Shown here piece by piece: positions 8,876-20,409 of a DNA stretch of 64,000 nucleotides. Where the stretch lies: assembly GCA_965263035.1 (NCBI GenBank), contig OZ253580.1, forward strand, positions 96,001 to 160,000, read 5' to 3'. A program made the translations under genes and the position numbers. This stretch comes from Acidobacteriota bacterium. GTDB taxonomy: Bacteria > Acidobacteriota > UBA6911 > RPQK01 > JAJDTT01. Position 1 is the stretch's first letter; each line of letters opens with the position of its first letter. The notes under the pieces are model-generated. The model had not been told where the DNA came from, searched no databases, and was given only the letters and a program-made list of their open reading frames with translations.

Positions 8876-11800
8876 ATGATGGTGTTTTCCAGATCTGCAC
8901 TTCCGCTCGTCATAATCTTGGCGGTCGCTTCGGCTACAGGGACGGAGGGCTCGACCGCGAGGCGTCCGGACCCGACCGTCGAGTTCAACCGGGACATTCG
9001 GCCGATCCTGTCGGACAAGTGCTTCGCCTGTCACGGGCCGGACGAAAACAAGCGCATGAGTCCCTTGCGCCTGGACACGCCGGATGGCGCTCTGGCCGAT
9101 CTGGGCGGCCGCTTCGCCATCGTTCCGGGAGACGCGGAGGGGAGCGGCCTCATCAACCGGGTGAACTCGGGGGACAGCCTGGCCCGAATGCCTCCGAGCT
9201 ACTCGGGGAAGAGCCTCTCGGATCATGAGAAGGATCTCCTCCGGAGCTGGATCGATCAGGGCGCCCACTGGCAGAGCCACTGGTCGTTCCGTCCCCCCGT
9301 ACGGCCGGAACCGCCGACCGTCAGCGATCCGGAGTGGGTCCGGAATCCCATTGACCGATTCGTTCTGGCCCGTCTGGAAGGGGCCGGGCTGAAGCCGTCT
9401 TCCGAGGCCGATCCGGCCGCGCTCATCCGCCGGGCCTCGCTGGACCTGACCGGCTTTCCTCCCGAGCCGGAGGACATGGACCGCTTTCTGGAGGACCCGA
9501 CCGACGAAGCGTATGGGTGGGCCGTCGACCGGTTGCTCAACTCGCCCCGCTACGGGGAGCGCATGGCCATTCGTTGGCTGGACGCCGCCCGCTATGCCGA
9601 CACCAACGGCTACCAGACCGACGCCGAGCGCAGCATGTGGCGCTGGCGCGACTGGGTGATCGACGCCTTCAACCGGAACCTCCCCTTCGACGACTTCACC
9701 GTCGAGCAGGTCGCAGGCGACATGCTGCCGGACGCCACGCTGGATCAGCGGATCGCCAGCGCCTTCAATCGCAACCACCGCGGAAACGGGGAAGGCGGGA
9801 TCATTCCCGAGGAATACCGGGTGGAATACGTGGTGGATCGGGTCGAGACCACCTCCACGGTCTGGTTGGGCCTGACCATGGGCTGCGCCCGCTGTCACGA
9901 TCACAAGTACGACCCCCTCACCCAGCGCGAGTTCTACGAGATGTTCGCCTACTTCAACAACGTCCCGGAGAAGGGACGAGCGTTCAAGTACGGGAACTCT
10001 CCCCCCTTCATCCCGGCGCCGACGGACGCTCAGCAGCGCCGGTTGAAGGAGTTGGAGGCGGAGCTGGCCGGGGCGAAACGGAAATTCGAAGAGCACGGAC
10101 CCGAACTGGACCGGCTCCAGAGATCGTGGGAAGAGGCGCTCACGAACTCGAACCTGGTCAACTGGTCCCTGCGCGACGACCTGGAAGTCGCCTACTCCCT
10201 GGACGGGCACCTGACGGCCGACACTCCGGGTGTGCATCCTCCCAAGGCCCGGCTCCTGGACGGAGTGCCTCACTTCGTTCCGGGTCCCGTCGGAACGGCG
10301 GCCAGCTTCGACAACAAGAGATACGTGGACGCCGGCACGGTCGCCGCATTCGAAGTCACCGACCGCTTCACGTTGGCGGCATGGGTCCGGCCCGAGACTT
10401 CCGAGGGGGCCATTCTCTCCAAGACCCAGAGTGAGTTCGAGGGAGAGGGTCAGGGCTCTCGCGGGTACGGCCTCTTTCTGCGAGACGGGAAGCTCCAGCT
10501 GAATCTGGTCGTGCGCTGGTTGGACGACTCGCTCCGGGTCGAGACGGTCGAGGCGCTGAAGCCCGGCGAGTGGCGCCATGTGGCCGCGACCTACGACGCC
10601 TCGTTCCAGGCCAAGGGCATCCGGATCTACATCGACGGCAAGCCGGCGCCGGTCCGGGTCCTGCTGGACTTCATGAACCAGAACTTCTACGTCAAGGATC
10701 CGTTGCGGATCGGCGCGGCCGGTCCCAAGGAGCGGTTTCGAGGTCAGATCGACGACATCCGCATCTACCGCGGCGTCGTTCCCCCGGAGCGCATCGCCGT
10801 CCTCGCCACCAGCCAGAGCCTGGACCGGATCGCCCGGATCCCACAGGCCGAGAGGACCCCGGGACAGACTGAAAAGCTGAGCCTCGGCTTCGTGGATCAG
10901 TACGCGCCCGAGGAAATCCAGGACAGCTGGCGGCGGGTCCTGGAACTGGCGGCCGAGCGGAAGCGCTTGGTCCAGAGCTTTCCCACCGTCATGGTGATGC
11001 AGGAGCGAACGACTCCCCGGGAGACCTTCATCCTGGACCGGGGAGCCTACGACAGCCCGACGGAGAGGGTCGAGCCCGGCGTCCCCGCCCTGTTCCCGGG
11101 ACTCCGGAACGGCGCGCCTGCGAATCGGCTGGAATTCGCCCGCTGGCTGGTGGACCCGTCCAACCCCCTCACGGCGCGGGTCACCGTCAACCGTTTCTGG
11201 CAGATGTATTTTGGGCAGGGCCTGGTCCGGACGGCCGAGAATTTCGGCTCTCAGGGAGAGTGGCCCACCCATCCCCTCCTGCTTGACTGGCTGGCCACCG
11301 AGTTCATGGATTCGGGCTGGGATGTGAAGGCGCTCCAACGGGCCATCGTCTTGAGCGCAACGTATCGACAGTCCTCCCAATCGACTCCCGAAATCCGTTC
11401 CCGGGACCCGCAGAACCGGCTCTTGGCCCGGGGGCCCCGCTTCCGGCTTCCGGCCGAAGTGATTCGGGACCAGGCTATGTTCCTGGCTGGTCTGATGGTG
11501 GAGAAACAAGGGGGACCGTCCGTGAAGCCCTATCAGCCGGACGGGCTGTGGGAAGAGCTCACCAGCGGGCAGTTCTACAATCAGAGTGAGGGAGAAGATC
11601 TCTATCGGCGAAGTCTCTACACCTACTGGAAGCGGACGATAGCTCCGCCCTTCATGCTCACCTTCGACGCTTCGGGGAGGGAGGCCTGCGCGGTGCTGGA
11701 AACACGGACCAACACGCCGTTGCAGGCCTTGAACCTGATGAACGACGTGACCTACGTGGAGGCCGCCCGTTTTCTGGCTCAGCGGATGATGCTGGAAGGG

Positions 11801-12061
11801 GGCGCCTCACCCGGGGAACGGATCGGATTCGCCTACCGGTTGGCCACGGGCCGGCGGCCCGACGCCCGGAGAGAGGCGATCCTCCTGGAGAGCTACCACC
11901 ACCATCGGGCCAACTACGAAGAGGATCGAAAGGCGGCGCTCCAACTGGTGAGCCAGGGAGAGAGACCCCGAAACCCGGAGTTGGACTTGGCGGAGCTGGC
12001 CTCATACACAACGGTGGCCAGCCTGATCCTGAACCTGGACGAGACCATCTCCAAGGAATAA
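8876..12061 (+). CDS. Planctomycete-type cytochrome c / DUF1549 / LamG / DUF1553 protein
   Basis: Signal peptide; [20 protein letters not shown] (CxxCH); NPIDRF; [12 protein letters not shown]; [11 protein letters not shown]; LamG insert ([18 protein letters not shown]); TNTPLQAL; LNLDETI. Start uncertain (8837-8879). Confidence 0.9.
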   Translation: MMVFSRSALPLVIILAVASATGTEGSTARRPDPTVEFNRDIRPILSDKCFACHGPDENKRMSPLRLDTPDGALADLGGRFAIVPGDAEGSGLINRVNSGDSLARMPPSYSGKSLSDHEKDLLRSWIDQGAHWQSHWSFRPPVRPEPPTVSDPEWVRNPIDRFVLARLEGAGLKPSSEADPAALIRRASLDLTGFPPEPEDMDRFLEDPTDEAYGWAVDRLLNSPRYGERMAIRWLDAARYADTNGYQTDAERSMWRWRDWVIDAFNRNLPFDDFTVEQVAGDMLPDATLDQRIASAFNRNHRGNGEGGIIPEEYRVEYVVDRVETTSTVWLGLTMGCARCHDHKYDPLTQREFYEMFAYFNNVPEKGRAFKYGNSPPFIPAPTDAQQRRLKELEAELAGAKRKFEEHGPELDRLQRSWEEALTNSNLVNWSLRDDLEVAYSLDGHLTADTPGVHPPKARLLDGVPHFVPGPVGTAASFDNKRYVDAGTVAAFEVTDRFTLAAWVRPETSEGAILSKTQSEFEGEGQGSRGYGLFLRDGKLQLNLVVRWLDDSLRVETVEALKPGEWRHVAATYDASFQAKGIRIYIDGKPAPVRVLLDFMNQNFYVKDPLRIGAAGPKERFRGQIDDIRIYRGVVPPERIAVLATSQSLDRIARIPQAERTPGQTEKLSLGFVDQYAPEEIQDSWRRVLELAAERKRLVQSFPTVMVMQERTTPRETFILDRGAYDSPTERVEPGVPALFPGLRNGAPANRLEFARWLVDPSNPLTARVTVNRFWQMYFGQGLVRTAENFGSQGEWPTHPLLLDWLATEFMDSGWDVKALQRAIVLSATYRQSSQSTPEIRSRDPQNRLLARGPRFRLPAEVIRDQAMFLAGLMVEKQGGPSVKPYQPDGLWEELTSGQFYNQSEGEDLYRRSLYTYWKRTIAPPFMLTFDASGREACAVLETRTNTPLQALNLMNDVTYVEAARFLAQRMMLEGGASPGERIGFAYRLATGRRPDARREAILLESYHHHRANYEEDRKAALQLVSQGERPRNPELDLAELASYTTVASLILNLDETISKE

Positions 12062-12065
12062 GACG

Positions 12066-13541
12066 ATGGATCCACGACCTGAAATGGGCCTGCTCCAGAC
12101 CCGGCGTCATTTCTTCGGGCTCGGCAGCACAGGGATCGGGACGGCGGCTCTGGCGACGCTCCTGAATCGGGACCTGGGCGCTGCGGTGTTCGGACGGTTG
12201 CCGTCCGGCGCCGACACTTTGCGCGGGTTACCCGGCTTTCCGCATTTCGCTCCCACCGCCAAGCGGGTCATCTACCTGTTCCAGTCGGGAGCCCCCTCGC
12301 AGATGGAGCTTTTCGACTACAAGCCGGGACTGCAGGAGCTGCGAGGAACGGAGCTTCCCGACTCCATCCGCAAGGGGCAGCGCCTGACCGGCATGACGGC
12401 CACCCAGTCCAGCTTCCCGGTGGCTCCCACGCTGTTCAAGTTCAGCCAGCATGGCCAGTCGGGGGCCTGGGTCAGCGAACTCATGCCGCATACCGCCGGA
12501 ATCGCCGACGACATCAGTTTCGTGAAATCCATGCATACGGAGGCCATCAATCACGACCCGGCGGTCACCTTCTTCCAGACCGGAGCCCAGTTGGCCGGCC
12601 GGCCCAGCATCGGCTCCTGGATCTCCTACGGCCTGGGCAGCGACACCGAGGACCTGCCGTCGTTCGTGGTCATGGTCTCCATGGGAACGGGGGCGCCCGG
12701 CGGTCAGCCGCTTTACGACCGGCTCTGGGGCAGCGGCTTCCTTCCGACGCGCTACCAGGGAGTGAAATTCCGGTCCGTGGGAGACCCGGTCCTGTTCCTC
12801 TCCAATCCACCCGGCCTGAATCGGGCCGGCCGCCGGCGATTTCTGGACGATCTGGGCCGCCTCAACCAGCTCAAGGCCAAGGAATACCAGGACCCGGAGA
12901 TCACCACACGGATCTCTCAGTACGAGATGGCCTATCGAATGCAGGCGTCGGTTCCGGACCTGACCGATCTCTCGGACGAGCCGGAGCGGATTTTCGAACT
13001 GTACGGTCCGGAGTCCCGGAAACCGGGCACCTTCGCGGCCAACTGCCTGCTGGCCCGGCGTCTGGCCGAGCGAGGCGTACGGTTCATCCAGCTCTTTCAC
13101 CGGGGCTGGGATCAGCACACCCGCCTTCCCAAGCAGATCCGGGGACAGTGCTACGATACGGACCAGCCGTCGGCCGCCCTGGTTCAGGACCTCAAGGAGC
13201 GAGGGCTACTGGAGGACACCCTGGTCATCTGGGGAGGAGAGTTCGGACGAACCGTCTATTCCCAGGGGCGTCTCACGGAGGACGACTACGGACGGGACCA
13301 CCATCCCCGCTGCTTCACCATCTGGTTGGCCGGAGGCGGCGTCCGGCCGGGAATCGTCCATGGAGAGACCGACGACTTCTGCTACAACATCACTCGGGAC
13401 CCCGTCCACGTCCACGATCTTCAGGCCACCATCCTCCACTGCCTGGGAATCGACCACACGCGCTTGACCTACAAGTACCAGGGCCGGGACTTCAGGCTCA
13501 CCGACGTTCATGGAAACCCGGTGAAACCGATCCTCTCCTGA
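12066..13541 (+). CDS. DUF1501 domain protein (Tat-type signal)
   Basis: [51 protein letters not shown] and GRDHHP motifs; usual partner of DUF1553 genes. Confidence 0.92.
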   Translation: MDPRPEMGLLQTRRHFFGLGSTGIGTAALATLLNRDLGAAVFGRLPSGADTLRGLPGFPHFAPTAKRVIYLFQSGAPSQMELFDYKPGLQELRGTELPDSIRKGQRLTGMTATQSSFPVAPTLFKFSQHGQSGAWVSELMPHTAGIADDISFVKSMHTEAINHDPAVTFFQTGAQLAGRPSIGSWISYGLGSDTEDLPSFVVMVSMGTGAPGGQPLYDRLWGSGFLPTRYQGVKFRSVGDPVLFLSNPPGLNRAGRRRFLDDLGRLNQLKAKEYQDPEITTRISQYEMAYRMQASVPDLTDLSDEPERIFELYGPESRKPGTFAANCLLARRLAERGVRFIQLFHRGWDQHTRLPKQIRGQCYDTDQPSAALVQDLKERGLLEDTLVIWGGEFGRTVYSQGRLTEDDYGRDHHPRCFTIWLAGGGVRPGIVHGETDDFCYNITRDPVHVHDLQATILHCLGIDHTRLTYKYQGRDFRLTDVHGNPVKPILS

Positions 13542-13575
13542 CCCGTTTTTCATCTCCCCAGAAAGGAGTCATGGC

Positions 13576-14814
13576 ATGGGCACCTTGCTCACGGTGGCCG
13601 CGCTCACGCTGATCATCTCGGGAATGTGCTCGCTCTTCGAGGCGACCCTCTACTCGACGACGGTTCCGACTCTGGAGGCGGCCCAGACCAAGGGTCGGAG
13701 ACGCCACTTGGCGCGTCGCTTCCTGGCCATGAAGACGGACATCGCCCGCCCCACTTCGGCCATTCTGATCCTGAACACCCTCGCCAATACCGGAGGCGCC
13801 ACCCTCGCCGGCATGTACGCCGCCCAGGTCCTGGGCGTGTCCTGGGTTCCGGTTTTCTCAGGGGGGCTGACCCTGAGCATTCTGCTGCTGTCGGAAATCC
13901 TCCCCAAGACCTACGGCGCCGTTCATTGGCGACGTCTCTGGCCCTTCATCGTCTGGCCGCTGGCGAGCATGGAGAAACTCTTCTACCCGATCATTCGCTC
14001 TTTGGAGGGGCTGACCCGGCTCCTGACCCGGGGGACCCCGGTGGGCCAACCGACCGAAGGGGAGATTCTCTCCATGATCCGGTCGGGGGCCCGCTCGGGC
14101 GAGTTGAGCGCCACCGAGCTGCAGCTGCTGAACTCCGTCTTCCGCTTCGACGAGATGGTCTGCCGCCAAGCAATGGTGCCGCGCCGCGAGGTCGCCTTCC
14201 TGAAGCTGGATGACAGCTTGGACGAGGCCCTGGCGCTGGCCCGGCAGACGAGTCACTCGCGCTATCCCCTTTGCCGGACCTCCCTGGACGATGCCATGGG
14301 CCTGATCCATATCAAGGACCTCCTCAACGTCTCCCGGGATCAGAACGCGGATCTGGTCTCTCTGGCCAGATCCTTCCCGGCGATCCCGGAAACCCTCCCC
14401 CTGAGCCGGCTGCTCCGGCGCATGCAGGCGGACCATCTGCACATGGCTCTGGTGTTGGACGAGCACGGAACCGCGGTGGGGGTCATCACCCTGGAGAACG
14501 TGCTGGAGGAACTCGTGGGAGCGGTTCAGGACGAGTTCGACCGGGAGACCCCGGACATCGTGGCCGACGGGGAGGATCGATTCCGGGTCAAGGGGCAGAT
14601 CTCACTGGGCCGGCTCAATCAGGAGCTGGAACTGGAACTGGAAGCCCCGCACGTGGACACCCTCTCCGGCCTGATCGTGAGCCACCTGGGCCGCCTGCCC
14701 ACCAGAGGCGACCTGTTGGAGCTGGAACAGGTCACCGCCCGGGTGCTGGAGGTCAAACAGGGGCTGGCGTCCCAGGTCCGGCTTCAGATCAAGCCGAAGC
14801 CCCCGGACCTGTGA
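13576..14814 (+). CDS. Hemolysin-family CNNM/CBS/CorC transporter-associated protein
   Basis: N-terminal TMs with EILPKT; CBS pair (HSRYPL, VLDEHG..G.ITLENVLEELVG..DEFD); CorC tail (DTLSGLI..LGRLP..GD). Confidence 0.9.
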   Translation: MGTLLTVAALTLIISGMCSLFEATLYSTTVPTLEAAQTKGRRRHLARRFLAMKTDIARPTSAILILNTLANTGGATLAGMYAAQVLGVSWVPVFSGGLTLSILLLSEILPKTYGAVHWRRLWPFIVWPLASMEKLFYPIIRSLEGLTRLLTRGTPVGQPTEGEILSMIRSGARSGELSATELQLLNSVFRFDEMVCRQAMVPRREVAFLKLDDSLDEALALARQTSHSRYPLCRTSLDDAMGLIHIKDLLNVSRDQNADLVSLARSFPAIPETLPLSRLLRRMQADHLHMALVLDEHGTAVGVITLENVLEELVGAVQDEFDRETPDIVADGEDRFRVKGQISLGRLNQELELELEAPHVDTLSGLIVSHLGRLPTRGDLLELEQVTARVLEVKQGLASQVRLQIKPKPPDL

Positions 14815-15569
14815 TGGCAGGCGTGGCCCAACCCGTTCATTCCCGGCTCTTTCTGATCCTGTTTTTCGTTGCCGCCACCACGGCAACATCCTGCATCCTG
14901 CGCTCCGGGCAACAGTATCGCCATTTCTCCACACCCACTCCCATCGCACAGGACGACACGTTGATTCTGGGCTTCATGGGCGGCCGCGACGCTTGGAACA
15001 ACACCGCAGTCGGCGTGGGCCGTCTGGCCGGGAAACTCCGTAATCTCGCTCTTGCGGGAGTGCACGTCGAGACGGTCGAGAACCGGAAGCGGGATCTGGC
15101 TCTTCGTTTCGTCCGCTCGGCTCTGGACGCGAACCGTGACGGAAGGCTTCAGTCCGCCGAACGCCTTCAGGCGCGCATCGTGGTTTATGGCCAGAGTTTC
15201 GGGGGGGCCGCCGTCGTGAAATTTGCCCACCAGCTCTATACACTGGATATCCCGATCCTTCTGACCATCCAAGTGGACAGCGTCGGCCGTGGGGACGGCA
15301 TGATTCCCCCCAACGTCCGCGCCGCGGCCAATATCTACCAAGACAACGGACGCCTGATCCGGGGGGAGGCGCCGATCCGGGCCGCCGATCCGAGCCGCAC
15401 CGAGATTCTCGGCAACTTCCGCTTCGATTACCAGAACAGCCCCATCGATGTATCCGATCTCCCCTGGTACAAGACCCTCGCCCGCGTGGCCCACGCCAAA
15501 ATGGACCGCGACCCCGAGGTTTGGAACAAAGTAGAGACGCTGATACTGGAGGTCCTGGGAGAGCCCTAA
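14814..15569 (+). CDS. Putative lipoprotein with alpha/beta-hydrolase-like motif
   Basis: Hydrophobic leader ending ATSC (lipobox-like); GQSFGG nucleophile elbow; start overlaps the upstream stop. Confidence 0.65.
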   Translation: MAGVAQPVHSRLFLILFFVAATTATSCILRSGQQYRHFSTPTPIAQDDTLILGFMGGRDAWNNTAVGVGRLAGKLRNLALAGVHVETVENRKRDLALRFVRSALDANRDGRLQSAERLQARIVVYGQSFGGAAVVKFAHQLYTLDIPILLTIQVDSVGRGDGMIPPNVRAAANIYQDNGRLIRGEAPIRAADPSRTEILGNFRFDYQNSPIDVSDLPWYKTLARVAHAKMDRDPEVWNKVETLILEVLGEP

Positions 15570-15714
15570 AGGAGAGGAGCATCCACAGCGGCCGGAGTCC
15601 CACGTTGTCATAACGGAACCCTTCTTTGTCTCCGCCGACAGGTGGTTATGAAATCGCCGCCCATTTCCCATCTTCCGTTTGGAATTTGGAATCTGGAATC
15701 TGTCCGAGTTGGGG

Positions 15715-15787
15715 TGGGCCGTGCTGGGATCGAACCAGCGACCCTCTGCTTAAAAGGCAGATGCTCTACCGACTGAGCTAACGGCCC
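15715..15787 (-). tRNA. tRNA-Lys(TTT)
   Basis: Reverse complement GGGCCGTTAGCTCAGTCGGTAGAGCATCTGCCTTTTAAGCAGAGGGTCGCTGGTTCGATCCCAGCACGGCCCA folds as a cloverleaf with anticodon TTT; CCA not encoded. Confidence 0.95.
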
Positions 15788-16190
15788 ACGGTTGGACGCC
15801 GGAAGAACGCCCTCCGCCCAGGCTGGGGTTTCCGGCGAACGTCAGTCTAGCAAATCCCCTTGAGTCGGGCTATGGATTCCGGGTTTGCACCGCCTGCCTC
15901 TTCCCCGCCTCCGACGTGGACACTTGGTCCGCATGATCGCAAATATCTGACTCAGTTGGTGTCAGTGTGCCTCTTCCCAATACCGGCCGCTCCCAAAAGC
16001 GAATCGGTTGCTGAGAGTCGATCTGCTCCCGCATGATCGACGCATAAGTGCGCAGACGAGGAACAAGGGACAAAATATCAGCGGCCGAGGGTGAACCCCG
16101 ACGCCCTTTCGTTGATCGAATCAATCGAGAGCAGCGTACTCCCGGGCTTGGACACCAACCGTGCAAATCGGAATCCGACCCTGCAGCTCC

Positions 16191-17699
16191 ATGAGTTCTC
16201 TCTGCCGCAATCTCGCCGGGTGCCTGCTGGCGCTCTGCATAGGATCGTCTTGGACGATCCAGGCGCAGGATCAGATCCCCAGCTTCCGGGCCGAATCGGA
16301 CGTCGTGCTCGTGGACCTCATCGTCACCGACCGGAACGGGAACTTCGTGGCCGATCTGAAGCCGGAAGAGGTCCAAGTTTTCGACGACGGAACACGTCAG
16401 GACCTCCGATTCTTTCGACTTGAACGTGGGGACTCGCTTCCCGGCAAGTTAACCCAGGACGAAAATTCCCTTTCTACGGGCTCCTACTATGCATTTCTCG
16501 TCGATCTACAGACGCTGACCCTGGAAACGGTGGAGAGAAGCAAGGAAGCGATTCGAGAGTTCCTACGGTCCGAGATCGAACCCAGCGACTATTTCATGTT
16601 GGCTGCAATCGGTCCCAAACTTCGCGTCATTCAATCATTTACACGTAATCTCTTAGCGCTGGAACAGGCCTTGGATCAGATTTCCTACTATCCATGGTTG
16701 CCGCCGGGTATCACTCCTCATGAAGTACTCTACTTGGTCGGCAGACAGGGGGATCTGTCATGCCACGCGCTATCAGCTATTTCCCGTCATCTCGGCTCTT
16801 TGCCAAACAGAAAGCATGTTCTTTACTTCTCAAGAGGGTACCCGCTGAACATGTCGACACGTGTGCGTTTCGATCCCAGACGCCCCAGGACCTCACCCAG
16901 GGCCACTTACTCTCTGACGAGCAAATTACTTTCCACGGTAGATCAGGCGAATCGTAATCAGGTGACCCTGCACGGTATCGACCCTCGAGGATTGATGACG
17001 AGCCTGAGTCCCTCCGTGAGTGGTTCGGCCGTTGAGGCTACCCGCGAATTTCTGGCGATGCTCTCGACGAAGACCGGGGGGCTTCTCGCAACCAACGAAA
17101 ACGAACTGCTCGCTCCCGTTCGAGAGGCGTATCTCGACGGCCGGGCGTACTATCTCCTGGGATATGTGCCGCATACGAAGAGGAAGGTCGGCAAGTTTCA
17201 CGAAATCACCGTCCGCGTGGATCGCGAGGATCTCCGCCTCCGGTACCGCAGGGGATACGAGGATCGGGACCCGCTGGTCGCCGCACAATCGGAGCTGGCG
17301 AATGCATTCAAGTTTCCAGATCTGTACAGCGACTTTCCATTCGAACTTGATGTCGTTCCCAAGGGCGGAAGGCTTGCCGTGCGTGCCCGGATTCCTACGA
17401 AAGTGCTTCGCTTTAATTCGGAAGGTGAGAAGTACCGTTGCGTTCTTGAGATCTTCGGAGTCGTTTTCGACGAGTTCGACGAGCCCACGGAGAAGGGATT
17501 TTTCCTGACTAAGAGCATCGACCTCGACTTCGATACCAAAGGGCTGGAGACCTTCCTTGGTTACGAGACCCTCGGGCCCTGGATGGAGAAGGATTTGCCG
17601 GAAAAGGGCAACTATCTCGTGGTTGTGCTCCGGCAGAACCTATCGGGAGAACTGGCTGCTGCCAAGGCTGGTCTCGAGATGATGAAGATCGTAGATTAA
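16191..17699 (+). CDS. Acidobacterial VWA-domain protein
   Basis: Signal peptide then FRAESDVVLVDLIVTDRNGNFVADLKPEE..VFDDG; RKHVLYFSRG; YYLLGY.P...GKFHEITVRV. Start 16161-16191. Confidence 0.85.
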   Translation: MSSLCRNLAGCLLALCIGSSWTIQAQDQIPSFRAESDVVLVDLIVTDRNGNFVADLKPEEVQVFDDGTRQDLRFFRLERGDSLPGKLTQDENSLSTGSYYAFLVDLQTLTLETVERSKEAIREFLRSEIEPSDYFMLAAIGPKLRVIQSFTRNLLALEQALDQISYYPWLPPGITPHEVLYLVGRQGDLSCHALSAISRHLGSLPNRKHVLYFSRGYPLNMSTRVRFDPRRPRTSPRATYSLTSKLLSTVDQANRNQVTLHGIDPRGLMTSLSPSVSGSAVEATREFLAMLSTKTGGLLATNENELLAPVREAYLDGRAYYLLGYVPHTKRKVGKFHEITVRVDREDLRLRYRRGYEDRDPLVAAQSELANAFKFPDLYSDFPFELDVVPKGGRLAVRARIPTKVLRFNSEGEKYRCVLEIFGVVFDEFDEPTEKGFFLTKSIDLDFDTKGLETFLGYETLGPWMEKDLPEKGNYLVVVLRQNLSGELAAAKAGLEMMKIVD

Positions 17700-17868
17700 G
17701 CGTCCCACAGAAAACGAATCAGTTGATCAAGCTGACCGGAGTTACCTGAGCGGGCGGTGTCGGAGCAGCATATCGACGAAATCGGAGCAACGGTACGAAA
17801 TCACTTCCTCATTAGACAACGTGGTACGACTGGTCGAACAATCTTTTCAATTTGGATGGAGGCGTACC

Positions 17869-18093
17869 ATGAAGACGATTGGATCCGCAAAATTCACAGA
17901 GCAGTCCTTGACTCTGATGGATCGGCCGGATGCAGAGGGCTTGATCGTCACCAAGCACGGCAAACCGATCGCACGCGTCCTTCCCTACAATCAGGATTGC
18001 GCAGACCTGATCAGCAGCTTGAAACACAAGATTGAGATTCGGGGCGATATCTTGACGGCCGGTCGCCGCTGGAACGCAGATGCTCAATCTTGA
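17869..18093 (+). CDS. Phd/YefM-family antitoxin
   Basis: MKTIGSAKF....L.LMD......IVTKHGKPIARV.P; GGAGG RBS. Confidence 0.85.
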   Translation: MKTIGSAKFTEQSLTLMDRPDAEGLIVTKHGKPIARVLPYNQDCADLISSLKHKIEIRGDILTAGRRWNADAQS

Positions 18094-18442
18094 TACTCAC
18101 ATTCTTGTCCGTGCTCTGAATGGTGAACTCCGCCCGTCCGAGCGGTCCCTTCTGGCCCGGGACAAATGGTCCGTTTCCGCCATTGTGCTTTGGGAGCTGG
18201 CCCAACTGGTTCAACTCGGCCGGATGGATATCGACCTAATCGACCGCGAAGTGATGCGCACAATGATCCGCGTGCAGGTCTGGCCGATCGATCTCGCCGT
18301 CGCCATCGCGTCTAACCGTCTCGACTTCCAGGGCGATCCGGCGGACGAACTCATTGCCGCGACCAGTATCGTGCACAACGTGCCGCTCCTCACCCGCGAC
18401 CGCGCCATCCGGGGTTCGAGTATCGTCCCGTTGGACGGGTAG
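18080..18442 (+). CDS. vapC: VapC-family PIN toxin
   Basis: LDTHILV, SAIVLWELA, DPADELIAAT and LLTRD motifs; overlaps the antitoxin gene. Confidence 0.88.
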   Translation: MLNLDTHILVRALNGELRPSERSLLARDKWSVSAIVLWELAQLVQLGRMDIDLIDREVMRTMIRVQVWPIDLAVAIASNRLDFQGDPADELIAATSIVHNVPLLTRDRAIRGSSIVPLDG

Positions 18443-18510
18443 CCCGGATATCTCGTGTGCTCTCGAACGACTAGCCGTAAACGACTGAAAACAGGATCAA
18501 TGCAGGAAAC

Positions 18511-18523
18511 GGCGGAGAGGGCG
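18511..18523 (-). other. att core: duplicate of tRNA-Ser(GGA) 3' end
   Basis: GGCGGAGAGGGCG is identical to 50317-50329, with partial match extending further. Followed by AT-rich sequence and a TGCCCCC direct repeat resembling an integrase arm. Confidence 0.75.
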
Positions 18524-18636
18524 AGAATCTAAAGTACGCTTTAAATGATTGATTTTAAAAGGATTGAGGTCATTGTTTTTGAGGTGCCCCCACAGTTGCC
18601 CCCTGATTTTGAAATGTCGTTACTGGCCTCGGCCCG

Positions 18637-19475
18637 TCAGGCAGCCCACTGGGCCGACAGCACCTCGGCCTGCACCAACACCGTCCGCGGCCCTTTTCCC
18701 TGTCGATCCGGCGGGTAGCCATGTTTGTGCAGGACGCGCTTGACGAGCACGCGCAGATGCGCTCGCACGTTTTCGCGCAGCATCCAGTCGATGGTGTCGG
18801 TGTTGCGGATGGTCTTGACCAGCTTCCGGGCGATGGTCCGCAGCGTCTCGTCCCCCAACACCTGCACGGCGCTGTCGTTCGTTTCCAGCGCATCGTAGAA
18901 CGCCAACTCGTCCTCGGACCGTCCCAGTTTCTCCCCGCGAACGTTGGCGTCGCGCAGTTCCTGAGCCAGTTGAACTAACTCCTCGATCACCTACGCGGCT
19001 TCGACGGCACCGAATTGATAGCGACGGAGAGTTCGTTCCAACATCTGGGCAAAGGAACGCGCCTGGACCAGGTTCTTGCGCCGGTGAGTGGAGACCTTGC
19101 CCTTCAGGGCTGGATTGTCCCGTTCGATGCCGGCCATGGCATCATCCACCGAGCGGCCGATGGTGGGTGGCTTGGCTTGCGCCTTCAGCTTCGCCCAGCG
19201 CGCTTCGGTCGGCACCCAGAAAATGTTCTGGGCGCGGTATTCGTCCGGGCCCACCGGGTCGGCTCCTTGGCCCGTTCAGCCGCCAGCCGGGTCTGGGCTT
19301 CTTGGAAGACACCGGAGATGGACTTGAGGAAGATCATCGCCAGAACCACGTGTTGGTACTCAGCTGGATCCATACTGCCGCGCAAGGCGTAGGCCATCTG
19401 CCAGAGCTGGACTTCGTAGCCCACCTTGGTGGCGCTTTGCTCGGTTGTCTTGGGGTGAGCTCTAGTTTTACCCAG
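18637..19475 (-). pseudogene. Type I R-M remnant: hsdM N-terminus fused to hsdR C-terminus
   Basis: HsdM motifs LW..A.ALRGSMD.AEY.HVVL..IFLK and FWVP.EARW...[10 protein letters not shown] join HsdR/DUF3387 motifs [20 protein letters not shown] and IDW..RE.VRA.LRV.VKR.L.K.GYPPD; frameshift and in-frame stop present. Confidence 0.85.
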
Positions 19476-20221
19476 TGGTCTCTTGTCCAACCCAGCGCCT
19501 CTTTCGCACTTCAGACGATGATCTCTGGCAGGGGGGACATCAAGGAACCGCTCGGCACCATCCTGTAGAGTGCCGGAAAGCCTCCAATCGTTGCCACTCC
19601 ATCGGGGTCTTCCACGCCTTCCCGCAGGGATTGTTGGGACGGGAGCGACCCTCCCAGGCGATGGCACGCCAGTGCACATCAGTCTGCCCCGCCGTGCCGA
19701 TCCGGGAGGCAAAAAGGGGGGGTCGCTCCCGTCCACCTCCAAATTCCCCGAGCGGCACGGCGGACCCGAGATTCGAGCCGTAACCGAAACGGGGACAGCA
19801 GGTTAGAGAGAAGTGTCCGTGCCCATCGAAAGGCCTCTTTTGTGCACATACCCCCCTTTGTCCCATGTGCACTCCCCGATCGGCACGAGACGCCACTGAT
19901 CAGCGGTCAAAATCATCCTCCAGCAAACCTGTTACCCACCAAGTGGAATAGCTGTCGATGACCACGCCGACGGAGCGACTGTGGGCCAGCGGTTACAACT
20001 CGATAGCCCGCTTTCGGGCCGCTGAAAGCCGTTCTTGGAGTGTCCTACTGACGATCTGGACGGAGATTCACTCACAAGCACCTAAGATTCAGGGGGTTCT
20101 GCCAGGGCGAAGGGCAATCTCACCGAAGCAATCCGCAATCCGGATCATGACCCGCCTGGCCATTTCTCGGGCCTCAAACAATCGTCTCCTTTGGACATCT
20201 TTCTTGAATTCGATTCCGTGC

Positions 20222-20255
20222 ACCAAGTTGCTACGGAGACCAAGTTGCTACGGAG
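20222..20255. repeat. 17-bp perfect tandem repeat x2
   Basis: ACCAAGTTGCTACGGAG at 20222-20238 and 20239-20255. Confidence 0.85.
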
Positions 20256-20409
20256 ATTGTAGAACTCCTTGAACTGCTCACGCAGCCTGTTCCTTTCCTT
20301 AATCCTTCAACCCCAGTCCAGCCTTCCGAGGGCGGGGGGTCGGTCTCTTTTCCCAACTCGTTTTCGGTCGAAAAACCGGATCCTGGTTCCCTCGCGCGCG
20401 CGTGTACAC

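Noticed and set aside
8579-11509. 976-aa minus-strand ORF
   Set aside because: Antisense shadow of the DUF1553 gene in high-GC DNA, ending inside the MITE.
8876-13541. DUF1549/DUF1553 + DUF1501 pair as a novel system
   Set aside because: Function is unknown, but it is a well-known, widespread pair in Planctomycetes, Verrucomicrobia and Acidobacteria.
15680-15714. TGGAATY heptamer run and missing CCA at tRNA-Lys
   Set aside because: Only three short units; non-encoded CCA is common; no duplicated tRNA-Lys end was seen.
18443-18454. CCCGGATATCTC matching the IS1380 terminus
   Set aside because: Isolated 12-mer with no partner IR or transposase; could be chance or a tiny scar.
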